Below, piece by piece: positions 61,932-64,000 of a stretch of 64,000 bases of DNA. A program made the translations under genes and the position numbers. The notes below the pieces were generated by a model that searched no databases, had not been told where the DNA came from, and was given only the letters and a program-made list of their open reading frames with translations. Source of the stretch: Heptranchias perlo (taxonomy: Eukaryota). Position 1 is the stretch's first letter, and each line of letters begins with the position of its first letter. The stretch is taken from positions 58,900,001 through 58,964,000 of the forward strand of contig NC_090339.1 of NCBI RefSeq assembly GCF_035084215.1. The letters are read 5' to 3'.

Positions 61932-62477
61932 TATGTTAAAGTACTACAATACGCTGATGCAAAAGCATTTTGTCTTTGCAAGTCCCACACCACAGAGCCT
62001 CATGGACCACATGTGAAGTCTAAATCAAGTTTCCAACAATTTGCATAATTAATCTTAAACTGCAGGTTCCAACAGATCTTGTTGTTCTGGATTTAGAAAT
62101 TATCCACTATTGCGGTAACAGGACTAAGGATGGGTCCCTCTAAACCTCTGCACCCACAAAGTTCAAACAGGGCAAACCAGCGAGGAAGAAATTCCAGCAC
62201 AAATAGAACTGCATCACCTGGGACTTTGTGGGTGGGAATGTCAAGGTACGAGGGTTGTAAATGGCCCATACTTTTTCTTATCCCTAACATAATACACCCC
62301 TGCATGGTGGCTTTTGTGACGCAGGAATGTGAGATATGCACCAGTGAGGGTGATCGTTTGCTTCTCGATAGCCCACCATGAGGAACGCTGGTGTAATATT
62401 TACAGTAGGCCTACTAACCCATCTTTTTTTTAAAACTGTGAGCAACTTGCAAAACGGAAATGTTATCAGTGGAACTC

Positions 62478-62822
62478 TGTAACCTCCTCCAGCCCTACAA
62501 CCCTCCGAGAACTTTGCATTCCTCCAATTCTGGCCTCATGTGCATCCCCAATTTTCTTCGCTCCACCATTGGCGGCCGTGCCTTCAGCTGCCTAGACCCT
62601 AAGCTCTGGAATTCCCTCCCTAAACCTCTCTGCCTCTCTACCTCTCTCTCCTCCTTTAAGACGCTCCTTAAAACCTACCTCTTTGGCCAAGCTTTTGGTC
62701 ACCTGTCCCAATATCTCCTAATGTGGTTCGGTGAAAAATTTTGTCTGATTAACGCTCCTGTGAAGCGCCTTGGAATGTTTTACTACGTTAAAGGCGCTAT
62801 ATAAATGCAAGTTGTTTGTTGT
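62478..62822 (+). mobile_element. L2-type LINE 3' fragment
   Basis: ORF RSTIGGRAFSCLDPKLWNSLPKPL..FKTLLKTYLF; tail GGCGCTATATAAATGCAAGTTGTT. Confidence 0.85.
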
Positions 62823-64000
62823 TTAAGTCGCGTCGTTGTGGATGATTTTATGTTGTCTAAATCTGGTGGTAGTGGGGGGGGGGAGATTTAGCTTTATTTT
62901 TAACTATATTTTAATATGATTTATAGCCTATGTTATATGGTAATTAAATCAAATATGGGGACCAAATTATTTAAGGTTGCCTATCTATGGAATGGCATTG
63001 AAGGGAAATACTGTAACTCTTTCCATCTGAAAGGGGATTTGAGTTAATTAATAAAACATTAGAAAATGTCCAAGTATTTGACTCTGAATCTGTTTACGAC
63101 CGTTCAGTACAAATGTGCGCATTCTAAAGGAAAGCCATTCATATTCATTTAATCTAAAAGCTTCTGACTTCACTTATCAGCTAGCTCGCAGTAAATGGTA
63201 GGAAGACTGGGGAATCTAATTATAATCTTTTTTTTTCTCCCTCTCCCTGCGCTGATAAAAGTGCTTGGGCCATCATGAGGCAGTTTATCAGCAGGCAGCA
63301 TCCGCATTGACACCGGAGGGTCGCCTGCAGCAGTTAACGTGTAGCTATAGCCCCTGTGCGTACAAGCGCTGCTGTCAGAACCACGAGCGTCAAACATCTC
63401 GACGATTATAGCCCACATGATTGAGCCAATGCCTGCCACGCACTTTTTGCAATAATCGGCCGGATGGGGAGTGCGTGGCAGGCCGCAGGATTGATGGCGT
63501 TAAACAATAACTGAATAAAGACGCCCGCGCTGCCCCTCAGACTTGACATAATGAGGGAAACATCACTCAGTTTGTTAAAACCTCCTTCAGCTACGACCTG
63601 TTTTTTTTTCTCTCTCTGTCTGTCACATCTTAAAGTGAAGTCTTTCTCTTTATGTTAATGAGAAATTCAGAGAGAGTTAATAAAAAAAAACAATAGAGGC
63701 TAACCAATTCGAACCACACTAGTAGCAATTCCAGGTATGTTTCAACGACACGCATAAGGTTGTCGCATCAGTGTCTGTCCATTATATTTTAATATTTGAA
63801 AGCATGTAACTTGGAGCATACAAATTATTAAAAAATCTGCCCACAAAAATGTCACGAGCAGGGTTATTTGCTGACTGACTGCCTGTTCATCATGTTCCTC
63901 GAGCAATAAAGCTGAAACAGTCAATCTCCTTTCGAATCCTATCTCTCGTGCTTCCTGCAGGGGCCTGGCAGTTTATGATTCATATTCAGAAAGCTGCCTG

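Noticed and set aside
1-64000. CRISPR arrays, rRNA, prokaryotic operons, and the many 60-130 aa ORFs
   Set aside because: No repeat-spacer arrays or rRNA motifs seen. The short ORFs are antisense or off-frame readings of repeats, or chance.

Overview
Vertebrate, repeat-rich intronic DNA. The repeat content (CR1 and L2-type LINE fragments, a DeuSINE of the SacSINE1/AmnSINE1 type, Penelope pLTR remnants) points to a cartilaginous fish, probably a shark (inference). The only convincing host gene is AFF2/FMR2 on the minus strand, with two coding exons: 28060-27940 ([19 protein letters not shown]...EPYK) and 25716-24787 (310 codons including the KPTAYVRPM degron). I did not find exon 1 or exon 4, so the rest of the window is probably intron 1 (above 28060) and intron 3 (below 24787). 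Nearly all other ORF-track entries are transposon fragments or noise. Most notable observations: (1) three short Penelope-derived palindromic insertions carrying minimal hammerhead-ribozyme cores, two with clear target-site duplications (TSDs) and one with the ribozyme on both strands; (2) two copies of a probable non-autonomous Helitron carrying ~14-bp-periodic TGTCACACTT arrays; (3) two SINE/LINE pairs that share 3' tails; (4) several nested insertions; (5) candidate alternative AFF2 first exons; (6) a frame-symmetric, stop-free exon 3 bracketed by inverted SINEs, a circRNA candidate. Repeat boundaries were read by eye and are approximate.
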